Assembly: GCF_004010195.1 (NCBI RefSeq)
Contig: NC_057719.1
Span: 78,520,725 to 78,567,586 of the forward strand
DNA: 46,862 nucleotides
DNA from: Chiloscyllium plagiosum
Lineage: Eukaryota
Direction: 5' to 3'
In this document: positions 11,481 to 24,135 of the stretch, piece after piece
How positions within the stretch are numbered: position 1 is the first letter of the stretch
How the letters are laid out: each line of letters begins with the position of its first letter
Position numbers and translations under genes: made by a program
The notes under the pieces: generated by a model
What the model was told of the DNA's origin: nothing
Seen by the model: only the letters and a program-made list of their open reading frames with translations
Databases searched by the model: none

Positions 11481-12314
11481 CACAGGCAACATATCAAATT
11501 TGTCTGAGATTTAAAGGTTTGAGCCACATACCAAATTATAATTTGCAAAGAGCAGCACTGCGAGAGGGAAAGTAAGATGACCCCGTGTGTATAACCTGTC
11601 TACGCCATTGGAGTTGTGATGATAAGTTATGCATGAATTTACTATTACATGGTGTAGCAACATCAATCTGTCCAATGGTTTTACTGATTATCTTCATAAT
11701 AATGGCAACTTACACATTTTACAAAGAGCTGGTTGTGCTTTCCTATTAATCTGCTGAGGAGGAAAGGTGAAGGAGCAAGTCTAATAGCCTGTGCTGTTAG
11801 ATGCTGTGTTGCAGTAAACTTTGATCCATTGGGAAATGTTCATTGTTGGACAGTTACACCTGGGTGTAAGAAAAACAAGTGTTTGAAGCCCGAACAATGG
11901 TTATCTGTCTTTATGCTCAAGATGACTTGATGATAGACCAGGCGTGCATGCCCCCATTGAATGGTTACCCTGGCTGAAAGAATTTGAGCCTCTCCCCTTT
12001 GCATCATGTTAGTCCCAGGCTGGGCTTGTGTTCTGCTTCATAAGATTAGCTATTGATCTAGTACACAAGCTATAGAGCTTAAATGTTTTGTCTTGCATGC
12101 TCTAAAGCCAGTCTGTGGTTTTCCACTTGGTAGTTTCCCAATCTGCATTGTGACAATGTAAACAAATGTGGATCACTGGGACGCCAAGAAGTTACAAGCC
12201 AATCCAGCTCAAATATTTTTTGTGTGCCACCTTACATCTGGTGTGCCTACAAATCCTACTTTGCAGTTGAAAATAAATTTGTTCTCTGAAGTGCTTAAAG
12301 ACATTGCCCTAAAG

Positions 12315-12655
12315 AGAATCATAGGATCCCTACAATTTGGAAACAGGCCCTTCGGCCCAACAAGTCCACACCAGCCCTCTGAAGAATAGCCCACCCAGAC
12401 CCACTTCCCTACCCTGTTACTCTACATTTACCCCTAACCCACACATCCCTGTACACCATGTGCAATTTAGCATGGCCAATTCACCTAACCAACACATCTT
12501 TAGATTGTGGGAGGAAGCCGGAGCACCCGGAGGAAACTCACGCAGACACAGGGAGAATGTGCAAACTTACACAGGCAAACACTCGAGGCCGGAATCAAAT
12601 CCGGGTCCCTTGCACTGTGAGGCAGCAGTGCAAACCACTGAGACACCATCCTGCC
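12315..12655 (-). mobile_element. HE1-like V-SINE
   Basis: Same head, V-domain and 3' end as 9795-10112. Confidence 0.88.
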
Positions 12656-12829
12656 CTCTGAGGTAATATAAAATTGTATTATTGTAAAACAACATTAATA
12701 AAACCTTTAAGGAGCAAGGCTTCAAGTTGTCCTGCCCTGCAGAGAAGAAGAGGCAACCAGGGAAGCATGAGATAATCAAGAAATATCTTTTGACATCAAA
12801 GCAATATTTGACTAACAACAACATCAATG

Positions 12830-13460
12830 AGTCTTGACAAACTTGAAGTTAATGGGAATCAGGATAAACTGTCTCCTGATTGGAGTAAGACTTAGCACAA
12901 AGAAAGCTAGTTATTGTTACAGATAGGTCATCTGAGTCCCAGCACATTTCTACAGGAGTTTCACAGGGCAGTGACCTCGGGCCAACCATGTTCAGCACCA
13001 ACCGGCAGTTGTCAGATACTCAATCAGTCCATGTGCAACTCAGCAAGGCCAAGACAATGTTTAGGCTTGGACTGACAAGGTGACAATTTAAATTCATACT
13101 ATGCAAACGTCAGGCAGTGGCCATCTCCAGCAAAAGAGAGTCTGGCTGCTTCCCCTTGATATTCAATGGCTTTTCCATCTTGGAGTCCCCCACCATCACC
13201 ATCCTCAGAGTTTCACCGTTGACCAGAAACTGACCAGTTATATAAAGGCAGTGGCCACTGGAGCAGGCCAGAGGCTAGGAATGTAGCTGTGAGTAACTCA
13301 CCACCTCCCTCTCTGCCCTTCACTATCTATGAGACACCAGTCCGGAGTGTGAAGGAGCACTCCCCACTTGCCTGGATGGATGCAGCTGCAACAATGCTCA
13401 ACAAACTTAACACCATCCAGGACAAAGCAGCCCACTTAATTTGCACCACATCCACCACCC
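12830..13460 (+). mobile_element. Degenerate LINE of a second CR1/L2-group family (RT C-terminal part)
   Basis: Remnants GVSQGSDLGPTMFS, VDQKLTSYIKAVATGAGQRLG and AWMDAAATMLNKLNTIQDKAAHLI. Confidence 0.7.
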
Positions 13461-13469
13461 ACCTTCCTT

Positions 13470-13700
13470 CTAAGAAGGACTGTTCAACGTAGCCAACAAA
13501 GAGGCAGGCAGAGCTAAGGCCCATCTGGGTACCCATGGCTACCCCCTGGATTTGGAGGAAATGTGTGGAGTTGAAGGAAAAGTTATTGAGGGTGAGGACC
13601 AGTTCGGTATGGCTCAGGAGGGTATTGGTGGAGGGGGACTGGATGCATCTGTTAGAGAGGAAGATGCAGAGGGCCTGAAGGCCGACCTTGCAGGAATTGG
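13470..13700 (-). mobile_element. Neptune-type PLE RT fragment
   Basis: ELVLTLNNFSFNSTHFLQIQGVAMGTQMGLSSACLFVGYVEQS, the PLE RT motif B region. Confidence 0.85.
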
Positions 13701-13754
13701 AAGCCACTTTAAACATATGCATATATTAAGGATGGAGTTAGGCAGATAAGACTC

Positions 13755-14045
13755 AAACTCCCTTCCAGAATGTGCACACAGAAACCCTGGGCTGACAGTC
13801 TGATGCCATACAAAGGGAGTGCTGCATTGTTGGAGGTTTCATCTTGCAAATGAGATATTAAGCTGCTGTCGTGTTTATTCTCTCAGGAGGATGTGTAAAG
13901 TCCCATGGAATAATTTCCCAGAAGTGGAGAGGAGTTCACCTCATGGCCCCGATCACTGTTTATCATTTATCTGCATTGTTAAAAAGATTATTTAGTTGCT
14001 ATCACACTGGTATTAGTAGAAGCTTGCTGTTTATGTATGTGCTGT
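13755..14045 (+). mobile_element. DeuSINE (SacSINE1-like), degenerate
   Basis: GGGAGTGCTGCATTGTTGGAGGT...ATGAGATATTAA...CTCTCAGG..GATGT..AAAGTCCCATGG...GAAG..GAGAGGAGTTC resembles the Deu domain. Confidence 0.6.
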
Positions 14046-14524
14046 GAGTTTTACATCAGTGCCTGCATTTCACTCGATGATGTTTAATTCATCTTTAAGC
14101 TTTTAATCCAGAGTTGTAGGTGTCAGAAATCCTGTGATGAATTTCCAATATTCAGTGTGATAATAGCACGAATATATATGCCTTTTTTGTTTGAACCACA
14201 AATATTTCTTACTCAAAAGCACTTCAGTGCATTAGAATTTTGAACTTGGATCCGAATCATTCCACTTTGGTAACTTTTATTGATAAGACCATACTAAATT
14301 GGTAACAGTCCGTTTGGAATTCTAAGCCCAGACTAGAAAGAATTGGTCCATTTAGAATACAAAATTCACATTGGAAACAACTTGGACATAATATTATCTC
14401 ACCAGGCAAAATCTGCCCCTTTTGGCAATCGAAGTTGAGTAAACAATGACTTGCCATTGTTTGGAAGGAAGTTTTCCCACTGTTTGTCTGTCTCTGAGCA
14501 AAAGAAATGTTACTGGTTCTGATT

Positions 14525-14715
14525 TGGAATGTATTTCCTGAAAGTGAGATGGAGACAGATTGAATAACAAACTTTGAAGGTGATTTGGATACAGGCTTGA
14601 AAGCGAAAAATGTGTCTGGTTTTGATGCAAGAGCAGGGACGTGGGACTGACCGGATAGCTCTTTCCAAGAACTGGCACAGACGCACTGTGCAAAAATGGT
14701 CTCCTCCTGTGCTCT
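14525..14715 (+). mobile_element. Old CR1-subfamily 3' end
   Basis: Similar to 8930-9100 (GTGGGACT...GGATAGCTCTTTC.AAGAACTGG..CAGAC). Confidence 0.55.
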
Positions 14716-14719
14716 TTTT

Positions 14720-15035
14720 CTTTAATCCATTCATGGAATGTGGGCATTGACGGCTAGGCCAGCATTTATTGCCCATCCCTAAACACCCAGAGCACATTTC
14801 AGAATCACCCACATTGCAGTGGCCCTGGCGTCATGTGTAGGCCAGACCAGGCGACGGTGTCAGATTTTCTTCCCTGAAGGACATTAGTGAACCAAATGAC
14901 TGAACCAGACAATGGTTACCAGGTCATTATTAGATCAGTTTTTAATTCCAGGTTTTTATTGAATTCAAATGGAATGCTGTGAACATTCCCTCAAACATTA
15001 ACCTGAGTTACTGGTCCAGTGAAGTTATCAATATA
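14720..15035 (-). mobile_element. tRNA-derived SINE, second family
   Basis: GTGGGCATTG..GGCTAGGCCAGCATTTATTGCCCATCCCTAA...GGACATTAGTGAACC...TTTTATTGAATTCAAA. Confidence 0.75.
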
Positions 15036-15804
15036 CCTGTTTCCCCCATGATTCATTGAATAATATTGTGCAAACGACTTGTAACTAGCTATTTGTCTGG
15101 TTGTGGGGATATTATTTCAGCCATATTTTACTAATTTTATTTGAAAACCTCTTGCATGTTGGATATTCACAATACAGATACATGCAATTATAATCACAGG
15201 ACACTGATTTAATCCCACACCTCATTTATTTCTCATGCCTCTTCGAAGTAATTAGCTTCATCTACTTCATGTCCAGTTGGCTTTTAGAAATCCTTATGGA
15301 ATCTGATTTCCTCACCTTTGCAGTTCCAAATCTTACAAGTCTGTATGAAGGTTTTACTCACTTACCATATTGTTCATTTTCCAATTATTTTAAATCTGTG
15401 TCCTCTCATTGCTGACCCACTTGCAGTGGCTATAGTCTTTCTCCACTCTGTTTACTTACAAATACCAAATTACCATTTGGTGCAAAAGCTTTGCCGTCAT
15501 TTCCTTTGGAATCAGAGCATGAACTTTTCAAGCACGGTTTATCTTCATGCAGCTTCTACATTTCTGTTTGGTAGTAGCGAGCAGTACTCAGACTAACTTC
15601 AGATTAACAGGCAATGATGGCTCTCTCAATGAAAATTGCGAGTCCAGTTCTCCCCCCAGACCTGATTTGATCCTGGTTGACCCTTACCACGACATGCCTG
15701 TTGGCATTGCTTGGGCTTTCTGCTGATGGCCTGGACCAGTCACAATGATTGGTTGAGCTGACCACAAGACAACAGCTGCTCTAGTTTCTAAGGACAAAAC
15801 TCAG

Positions 15805-15970
15805 CATTGGCTTTCAGATGAGCTGCTAAACTGAAGCCCAATCTACCCTCTTGGGCGCACAGAACGATTCTAGGCAACAATGTGAGGAAGAGCAGGGAGG
15901 ATATTCCTGTTGTTCAATACCAATCTTGCAATTGACATCACTAACAAAAATCACGAAACGGATATTCTTG
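15805..15970 (+). mobile_element. DeuSINE fragment
   Basis: TTTCAGATGAG.TG.TAAACTGAAGCCC..TCTACCCTC...GAAGAGCAGGG, resembling the Deu domain. Confidence 0.5.
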
Positions 15971-15974
15971 GTCA

Positions 15975-16090
15975 AACTTAGCAGAAGGGTCACTGGACTC
16001 GAAATACTGATTTTATACCATTTTCTCCACAGATGCTGCTGAGTTTTTCCAGTAATTTCTGTTTGTGATTTCCACTATCCACAATTCTTT
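15975..16090 (+). mobile_element. Degenerate PLE terminal mini-element (family D)
   Basis: AGAAGGGTCACTGGACTCGAAA...TCTCCACAGATGCTGCTGAGTTTTTCCAG, shared with 16990-17066 and 38778-38885. Confidence 0.6.
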
Positions 16091-16989
16091 GGCTTGTATT
16101 TTTTTCAGTGTCACTTAAAACTGATGATTTTGCCATCGTCTCTTTGCTGTGCTCAAATTTGATGCTCTTTAAAACTACACTTAAACAACAGCTATACTTC
16201 CAGAGAGCTCTAAGATACGTCGGAATATTCTGAGACCGTGAAAGATGTGACATCAATGAAACTCCTTTCCTTTTCCTTTCTGCTGATCAATTAGACTTGG
16301 GAATTGAAGTATGGAACATGGTACTCCGACAGTAGGTAGAATCATTCCATTCTATTTAAGCTGCACCAAGCGCATAGCAGGATTAAACGCTCTTAAATTT
16401 CAAGTAGGAAGCTATTTCTTTGGCTCTGCCATCATCCTTCATGACAATTAAATGAATCCCCCATGCTGTTTAAATGTATTGAGAGTTTATGTGGTGCACT
16501 TTAAAAAGTGAGAGTGTGATAAGCTGCCGACAATAAAGTTTAAATCTTCTGGTACTCATTGTTTCTTACTCTGTTGGAAATATAATGGCAATTTAGATGC
16601 TTTAAACCTAAATGCATTTTCACTGCTTTATTTTAGTTTTGAGATGGATTCTCCATCCAGATTTAATCGGAATAGTTTCCAGTTTGAATTAAGGGTAAGC
16701 ACATTGCTTTAGAGAAGCTAAAGATAAACAGACTCATGTATTTGACTGGATTACCCATCTGTAATATAGTTCTGCTTTCACAAATTGTTCATTCAAGTTA
16801 AAAATGTAGCTTTCAACTAGACTGCAGTGTTATGGCCAACTAAAGTGAACATAAATGAATGCCTGATGACTGACTGATAGAGAGATGAAACTCCTTGGCA
16901 TCTTATTGAGTGATCTATTCCACTATGGCACCTTAAGCCAAGTACAAACTCCACATTAAAACAAGACAAAGAGCTCCGAATGCTAACAA

Positions 16990-17066
16990 TCTGAAACAAG
17001 GGTCACTGTTTTCTCTCCACAGATGCTGCCAGACCTGCTGAGTTTCTCCAGCAACTTCTGTTTCTC
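16990..17066 (+). mobile_element. Degenerate PLE terminal mini-element (family D)
   Basis: CTGAA..AAGGGTCACTG(deletion)TTTCTCTCCACAGATGCTGCCAGACCTGCTGAGTTTCTCCAGC. Confidence 0.6.
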
Positions 17067-17149
17067 TTGCAAGTTTCACGTTTCTTATTTTTGAGGAATT
17101 TGTTATAGAACATAAGATGGCAGTAATTCTACTCAAAACTCAAGAGTTT

Positions 17150-17480
17150 TTTTTATTTGTTTGTAGAACGTGGGCATTGCTAGCTTGGCCAGCATTTATT
17201 GCCCATCCCTAATTACCCAGAAGTAATTAAGAGTCAGTCACATTGCTGTGGGTCTGGAGTCACATATAAGCCAGGCCAAGTAAGGGCAACAGATTTTCTT
17301 ATCAAAAGGACATTAGTGAGCCAGATGATTTTTTATGAGAATGGCCAGTGGTCACCATTAGCTTCTAATCCCAGGTTATTTTTATTGAATTCAAAATTCA
17401 CCATCTGCCAGGGTAGGATTCAAACCCATGTTTCTGGAACTTTATCCTGCGGTCCTGGATTACTGGTTCAGTGACATAAC
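17150..17480 (-). mobile_element. tRNA-derived SINE, second family (most complete copy)
   Basis: The minus strand begins ATGTCACTGAACCAGTAATCCAG...GGGTTTGAATCC (B box) and ends CCCACGTTC...AATAAAAAAA. Confidence 0.8.
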
Positions 17481-18145
17481 GGAGGGAGAGAAATGAAAGA
17501 GACTTTGCTGCTGCTGAATGTGCCTCATGTTTACCTTCAGTAACAGATGGCTACATGCATCTGAAGGAGAACTGGATGTTCATCAATGGAAAGAAAGTGG
17601 CATAGTGCTTAGGTGACTCATACTTTCCATTCTGAACATGGTCCTGTTCAATCATGGTTTTACCTTTGGCCGTGTCATGCCCAGTAAATGCATATATTCA
17701 TAGCTTCAAATGCGGATTCTATCCAGCATAGAAATTTTCTTACTGACCCTTTTTCTTTTTGCCACAGACATTGAAAGCAGGATGGCCAGCTCTCGATGAA
17801 AGACTTAAGGAATAATCCAGCGTGGGGATGAGGCTGTTAGACTGGGGTCAGTGGGGTGAGGGGAGAAGGAGCTGGGTTTTGCAGAATTGGTAAGAGTGGG
17901 GACAGTGGTAGAGCAGTGAGACCTCAAACCCATTGTGTGCACCCCTGGACCCATCGCCTCCAAGCTTGATGCTCAACAGCAGACAGCAGCAGAAACAAGT
18001 TAATTGACAGTAGTTGTGAATGGCCCCTGTGATACCCCCTACGAGGGGAAGCACTAATTAATCTCCACCTGGAGCTCAATGAGAATGAGTTCCTTTCGTA
18101 ACCGGCAATGACCTGCCTAGCTGGAACTCATCACCTGAGCCCTTT

Positions 18146-19040
18146 ATAAAGCAGGCCCATAATAATTTTTTTAAAAATTAATAAAGCAGACCCATTCCCA
18201 TCCTAGGTTCAAGTCCCATCTGCTCCAGAGATGTGTGTAGTAACATCTGTGAACAGGTTGATTAGGAAAAATAAGTTAATTCTTAAAGAAAAGTACACTT
18301 GACTAAGGCTCCTGCATTTTAGGGCCCTTCTTGTGGTGCAGTGATAGTGTCTCTACCCCTGGACTTGGATGTTTGGGTTCGAGTCCCATCTGCTCCAGGA
18401 GTGTGCGTAATAACATCTCTGAACAGGTTGATTAGAAAAATAGTTGAAAGGAAAAACCAAGCAGACTTCTCTTTTGATGAATCACATTACCCGTAACAGG
18501 CTTTGCTTGAAAGTATTTCATTGGCTGCTTGGTGATTACCGGTGGTGGTTAATGGTTTGAAAGGAAGCAAAGAAAGTCACGGTGATTTAGTGGTGGGAAA
18601 ACCGTTTGGTTGTGCGTGATAGCATTTCTGGATATATAGAATGATAAAGCAGACCCACGCGTGACCGTCCTCAATAGATCAGCTGACTTTGAGAGCTCCA
18701 ATGCTACCACTTCCTCTGAGCCAGAACGCCTGGGGTCAAGTCCAGAAGCGCATCATAACATCGCTGAACGGGCTGATGAGAAAGAAAATAAAGCTGACCT
18801 ATATAACCCTTGTGGTAGTGGCCCTACCTGTGAACCAGGAGGCCTGGGTTCAAGTTCCAACTGCTCCAGAGTTCTGGATGTGACAACTATGACAAATAAA
18901 ATAAAACACAGCTTTTATAGCACAGTGGTAGTATCATTACCTGTGGACTAGGAGATCAGCATTCAATTCCCATCCCGTTCAGAGGTGTATGATAGCTTAC
19001 CTGAACAGATTGATCAGCAAATATCTATAAAGTAGACCCA
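18146..19040 (+). repeat. Tandem cluster of about five ~130-bp tRNA-like units
   Basis: Recurrent A-box-like GTGGT(G/A)..GT, B-box GGTTC(A/G)AGTCC, CTGCTCCAGAG and TGAACAGGTTGATTAG, joined by ATAAAGCAGACCC-like linkers. Confidence 0.75.
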
Positions 19041-20703
19041 GTAAAGAAAAGGTAATTAAGCCAACATCAATGTGTGATGTACTGAAAATCCTTGAGAGAA
19101 TCCTGACATATGACTCTGGTTAGAACATCCATTTGGACTACCCTTAAGAAATCAGTAACACAAGTATTTTCCCTGCGGTAAGCTAATTTGTCAATTACAA
19201 ATCCATGAAATCCATAGATTTTGGTTTTGCTTAAACAGTGGGAGCTGTGAATCTGAAACATCTAATTTCATCTTGCTATGTTGATTCACCAGAGGCACTC
19301 CAGCCATGGGCATTCAGACTTCCAGATTTTTGGGATACTTCTGATTTCCTTGCTTATTACTTGGAAAAGCTCATCTTTTGTAATTGTACATTTTCCCTGC
19401 AGTGTGGGTGTGTGCGTGTCAAGTGAGCAACACAACGTTAGACTTTTAGGGTGAATATGTGAATTAGTAATCCCCTCTACTTAAACCAATGGAAGCTTGC
19501 TGCCACTTACTAAAATTCACCGCACACTCCAGAGTTAAGCATTGCACACATCTTTTTCAACTACACACTAATTAGACACTAAGGGAATAGAGTTGGATGT
19601 TCTGTTCTCTCCAGTCATGCCCATAACAGTAGGTTGCTATTCTTGTTGTGTGAGGTGGGCAATGACTAAACTACCACATTGTCAAAACTGCTCATGTGAC
19701 GATCCGGCCCGGAAGTTCCTTGAGTGGAAATTGCAGAATTTGTTGGACAGTGCAAGGTGGTAACAGCAGGGTTCAGCTTATTGAGGCCTCGAAAAAGACA
19801 AGACTAGATTTGTGTTTACTCAATCAACAAAATCAATGGTGTCAATGGTTAACAAGCTCTGAAATAGCAGCTTAAACATTGATAATTTAATCAACTTTGT
19901 TTAAATAATCACTGAATTATATGCAGGAGCATGTGTCATTCTCTAAATTTTGTGCCTATGCAGCATGCTGTATAAATAAGACAGCCTTCCAGCCATGCTT
20001 CAGATTGTCTCTAATTTGTTAAATGTGCACCCCCCTCACAAAAGCCCAGATACTTTATTGCAATTCTAAGTGTGTCTTATTGTGCAATTGGCATGTTAAT
20101 TGTTGGTTACTTTAAAATGAGTAGACGTGTTACTTGGAATGGAATTCCAAATTTCTGTAACACACGCAGAAATAAATTTAGAATCGACTTTACTCCCAGC
20201 TGTAATCCTCAACAAATCTGAAATAACAAATCAATTAACTTTTATGACTGGTTATAAGGTATCACTGAATTGCTGACTGGTTTCGAAATGGAAGGCCAAT
20301 GAAAATGTAAAGCACCCCATTCGCAATATCCCTTCTCCGCGAACTGCTATCCCTGTCTTTCAACTTTCTAATGCAGCGATTTCTTGACACCTGTGAGAAA
20401 TTTGCTGCTTTGGAATTTTGCCTTTCACAGTGAAAATTTAAGTTTGAAGCCTCCTGAGCAAAATGGGTTGCCCTGAATAAAGCTAGGTATGAGACTGGCT
20501 TTAATCTGGAAGGCCAGGCTTATAAGCTACCTAATTAACAGTCCTTAAAAAGCCTAACCATTCTTAAAACAGCTGTTGATGGACAGAGCCAACAAGCAAT
20601 GTTGCAAATAATACTTCAATGAGGAATCCTCCAGAGGTGATAAGGTCAGTGACCAGACCTGGAAATACCAGCCTGATGGTATTCTGTGGTGGGGTCATGA
20701 TCC

Positions 20704-20706
<3 letters not shown>

Positions 20707-20736
<30 letters not shown>
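20707..20736 (+). repeat. (GA)n microsatellite
   Basis: Perfect GA run. Confidence 0.95.
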
Positions 20737-20739
<3 letters not shown>

Positions 20740-20869
20740 CTGACTGTCCGAGAATTGGTGCCCAGCCTATCTTAGGTAAAGGTCAGGAGGTCAGACCTCC
20801 ACTTCTCTGGAGATCTCTCACTCGCAGCCTCCCATAGCCTGCGTTTATCTCCTTCCCAAAAATCTACAA

Positions 20870-22545
20870 ACAGAACTTCCCTGGCAGATGAATCATTTCA
20901 GCCTGTTCCTCTGCACTGAACTTCTTTCTTCCGATATTAACTCTGATATAGTTCTCCCCTTGTTCAGTGTCTTTCCACTTAAATTTGTGATTCTTCTGAT
21001 GCTTTACATCAGTTCCTCAATTTGCAGTTTTCTTGTCCCGGTCACTGCCTCTTCACCGTAGATGTGCAGTTCCTCTACTCATCCAATTCCCATCAGAATG
21101 GTCAGAACACTCTCTACTACTTCATTGAAAAGATGCTGGCACAGTCTCCATCCTTCACTTGCTGCACTTGCCTCACTTTGAAAAACATCTCCATAAATTC
21201 ATTTTCTTCCAGTCGACGGTATGACTACAGGTACCTGACTGCTAAACCTGTCTCTTTGTGGAGTCTGTGGAACATTCCTTGTTCCAGTCCATTGGAACCC
21301 CACCCACAACCCATTTTCCGATACATCCATGACATCATCAGCACTGCTTCCCACTCTCAACCGGAATTGGAACAATTCACCAATTTTGCTTTCAACTTCC
21401 ATCCTTCCCTCACTTTCACCTTGTCTGTCTCTGACTCTCCTCTCATCTACCTTGACTTCGCTGTTTCCATTTCTGAGGAAAGGCTTTCCACTAATATCCA
21501 TTACATGCTTTCTAACTCCCTCAGTGACTGTTGTGACTATACCTCTTCCTGCCCTGCTTCTGCAGGAATTCTGTTCCATTCTCCCAGTTTCTTCATCTCT
21601 GATGCATCTGTTCCAATGTGCCATTTTCCACCGGGCTGACTCCACCATGATTTTCTTTAACCCCAGTGGAGATTCCCCCTCTTCCATTGTGATTGACAGG
21701 ATCTTCAGCAGTGGGAGAAAGTAAGGACTGCAGAGGCTGGAGATCAGAGTCAAAAGTGTGTTGCTGGAAAAGCACAGCAGGTCAGGCAGCATCTGAGGAG
21801 CAGGAGAATCGATGTTTCGAGCATATGCCCTTCATCAGGAATATCTTCAGCAGTGTCTAATCCACCTCCCACATCTCTGCCTTCACCCCTTCCCCTCCGT
21901 CCCAGAACAGCAGTAAAGTTCCTTGTTACTTTCGGTCGCACCGGTCTCCGTATTCAAAGGACCATCCGCTGTCATTTCCACCACTTCCAGCAGGATGCCA
22001 CCATCAAGTATATCTTCTCTTACCGTCTACTGTCAGCATTGTATGGGCACCATTCCCTCTGTGACATCCTGGTCCATGCTCCATTGCTCCTAATACTTTC
22101 TGACTCGCACCCCCCCCCCCCCCCCCCCCCCAGCACTTCCTTATGCTATTGCAAAGGGTGGAACAATCAACCAATCATCTCCTCCCTCCTCACTGTCTAA
22201 AGCCCAAAACACAGTTTCGAGATGAAGCAGGATATTGCTTATACTGCTTTTAAACTGGCTTACTGTATTTGCTGCTCGCCATGTGGCCTCCTATTCATTG
22301 ATGAGACCAAATGGAGACTTGAGTGACTACTTTGCTGAACAGTTCTGCCCTGCCTGTAGGAATGGTGCTGGCCTCACAGTTGTTTGACATTTGTATAAAC
22401 CACCACAGTGCCATGCAAACACATCACTCCTGGGCCTGCTGTGCTGCTCCACCGAAACACAATGCAAGCTCAAGGAGCACACCTCACTTTCCACCCAGGC
22501 ACCTTGCTGCCTCAAGACCTCAATATTAAAATTGACAGCTTCAGA
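20870..22545 (+). mobile_element. Old degenerate Neptune-type PLE (RT and GIY-YIG remnants)
   Basis: FTVDVQFLYSS, FRYIHDII, FNFHPSLTFT, LDFAVSISEERLSTNIHY and LAYCICCSPCGLLFIDETKWRL. Confidence 0.8.
21714..21842 (-). mobile_element. Short PLE hammerhead mini-element (family A) nested in the older PLE
   Basis: Minus strand: ATTCCTGATGAAGGGCATATGCTCGAAACATC...CTTACTTTCTCC. TSD ATCTTCAGCAGTG at 21701-21713 / 21843-21855. Confidence 0.88.
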
Positions 22546-22909
22546 GCAAGGTCTGTGTCCTTGATTGTTCTTACATACACCAATCTCTATACCAATGCGC
22601 TGAATCAATATGCCGTTTGGCCATTGCTGTACCCTTCAGCGATTGGTGCAAATATAACCCGACGTAATCCCTCTGATCCTGCACCCCAGTTTGAATCAGA
22701 CTTGTGGTTTTGCATTGCCTCCACTCCTTCGACCATCAGGGTGAATCACTTCACACTTACTTGCAATCAATCTTATCTGCCACCTGCACACCCATTCCAC
22801 CAACCTGTCTATGTCACTTTCAAGTCTCTAACAGCCTTTTCCATAGTTGACAAAACTTCCAAGTTTTATGTCGATTGCAAATTTTGAAACTGTGTCCTGT
22901 GCATCCAAG

Positions 22910-23016
22910 TTTCTCTCCATCAGTGCAACAGCCACATTTTCAAGTAGTTCTTAGTGGATTGCAAAGCTCTTCCAGACACCTTGAGCTTGTGCAAGGTGCA
23001 ATCTAAATGCGAGTTC
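22910..23016 (+). mobile_element. DeuSINE 3' tail fragment
   Basis: CACATTTTCAAGTAGTTC.TTAGTGGATTGCAAAGC...TGAGCTTGTGCAAGGTGC.ATCTAAATGC, resembling the SacSINE1 tail. Confidence 0.5.
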
Positions 23017-23971
23017 AGTTTTCTCAGTGCATTAGTGGGAATTTGAAGGGGCAGTTTCGTTCAGGTTCAAGCCTCATTCCAAAGTCTGCGCAGCTCAGCA
23101 TTCCTTGCTGGGTATGTGGTACTGTCATGGCAAGCACGTGAAGAAATCATTTCCAGTTGATTACCAGAGAATGAGAAGAAAAATTGCAAAGACTAGAAAT
23201 CATTGTGAGAAAGTGTTGAAACAAAATAGCAGCCTCGTGTAACAACATTGGGAAAAGAAAGAGGCTGAATTTTGATTCAACGTCCTTCCTTATTCTGACA
23301 GAGGTCACTCACCTTTTGTCTGTCTCGGCACCGACGTTTCACCAGAACATCCTTTGTTTTGTAACCAGGAAGAATATAAGAGGAATACCATGTATCCTAC
23401 ATTCAACGAATTAATATAATTGAATCTGACATGAGAAAATAAGGAAAATTATGGAATAAATGGTATGGTTTTATTCTTGGCTCTCCTTCTGGGAATTGGG
23501 CAGGGAGGGTGTCAAAATTGAATTTTTGTCTGCTAAAATGAGAATGGTTTCATGAAATGAAGTTTACCTCAGCAAGCCAGCACCCAACATCAGTTTCGCT
23601 AAATGAACCAGGCCAGTCGGAATTTATTTTTGAAGGTGTAAAGGGATTGTGCTCTCAGGTTGCCTATTGTCCACAATCATTGAGTATCTGATCCTTCAGT
23701 GAGTAATCACATGTACCAGTGTGAAAACCTTACTCGAAACAATGTCTGTAGAAAATCTTCAAGGAAATAAAAAACATTGCCTTGTTCTCTTCACAGTCAA
23801 AATGCTGACTCCACTGATCAAACCATTGCTTCTAAATGAATCTGGCACCTGTGGTGTTTTCAATTGACGATGAACTAAATCAAAAGTGTTGCTGCTGGCT
23901 AGGTTTGTATCTACTTCTTACAGATACTCTGAAGACAATAAAGCAGATAGACTTGTTGACTCTTTCCTGAT

Positions 23972-24135
23972 GTAATCTGGTCACTTAGTTCATCGCTTTT
24001 TACGTGAGCTTGCTGTTTAAAAAAATTGGTTGTCACATTCTTTAAATTGTTATAGTGACTACATTTCAAGAGTCCTACAATGGCTGTTAGCCACTTGGGA
24101 ATGTCCTGGAGTTGCACCTGAAATGCACATTTCCT
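23972..24135 (+). mobile_element. DeuSINE 3' fragment
   Basis: ATCTGGTCA...GAGCTTGCTGT...AAATTGG.TG...AGTGACTACA.TTCAA...TGGCTGT...GGGA.TGTCCTG. Confidence 0.55.

Noticed and set aside
18146..19040. CRISPR-like array or true tRNA gene cluster
   Set aside because: The context is eukaryotic, units are long, diverged and irregularly spaced, there are no cas genes, and I could not form a full cloverleaf.
22109..22131. Poly-C run as a G-quadruplex regulatory element
   Set aside because: It lies in a C-rich part of a decayed PLE and is likely slippage or a homopolymer length error.
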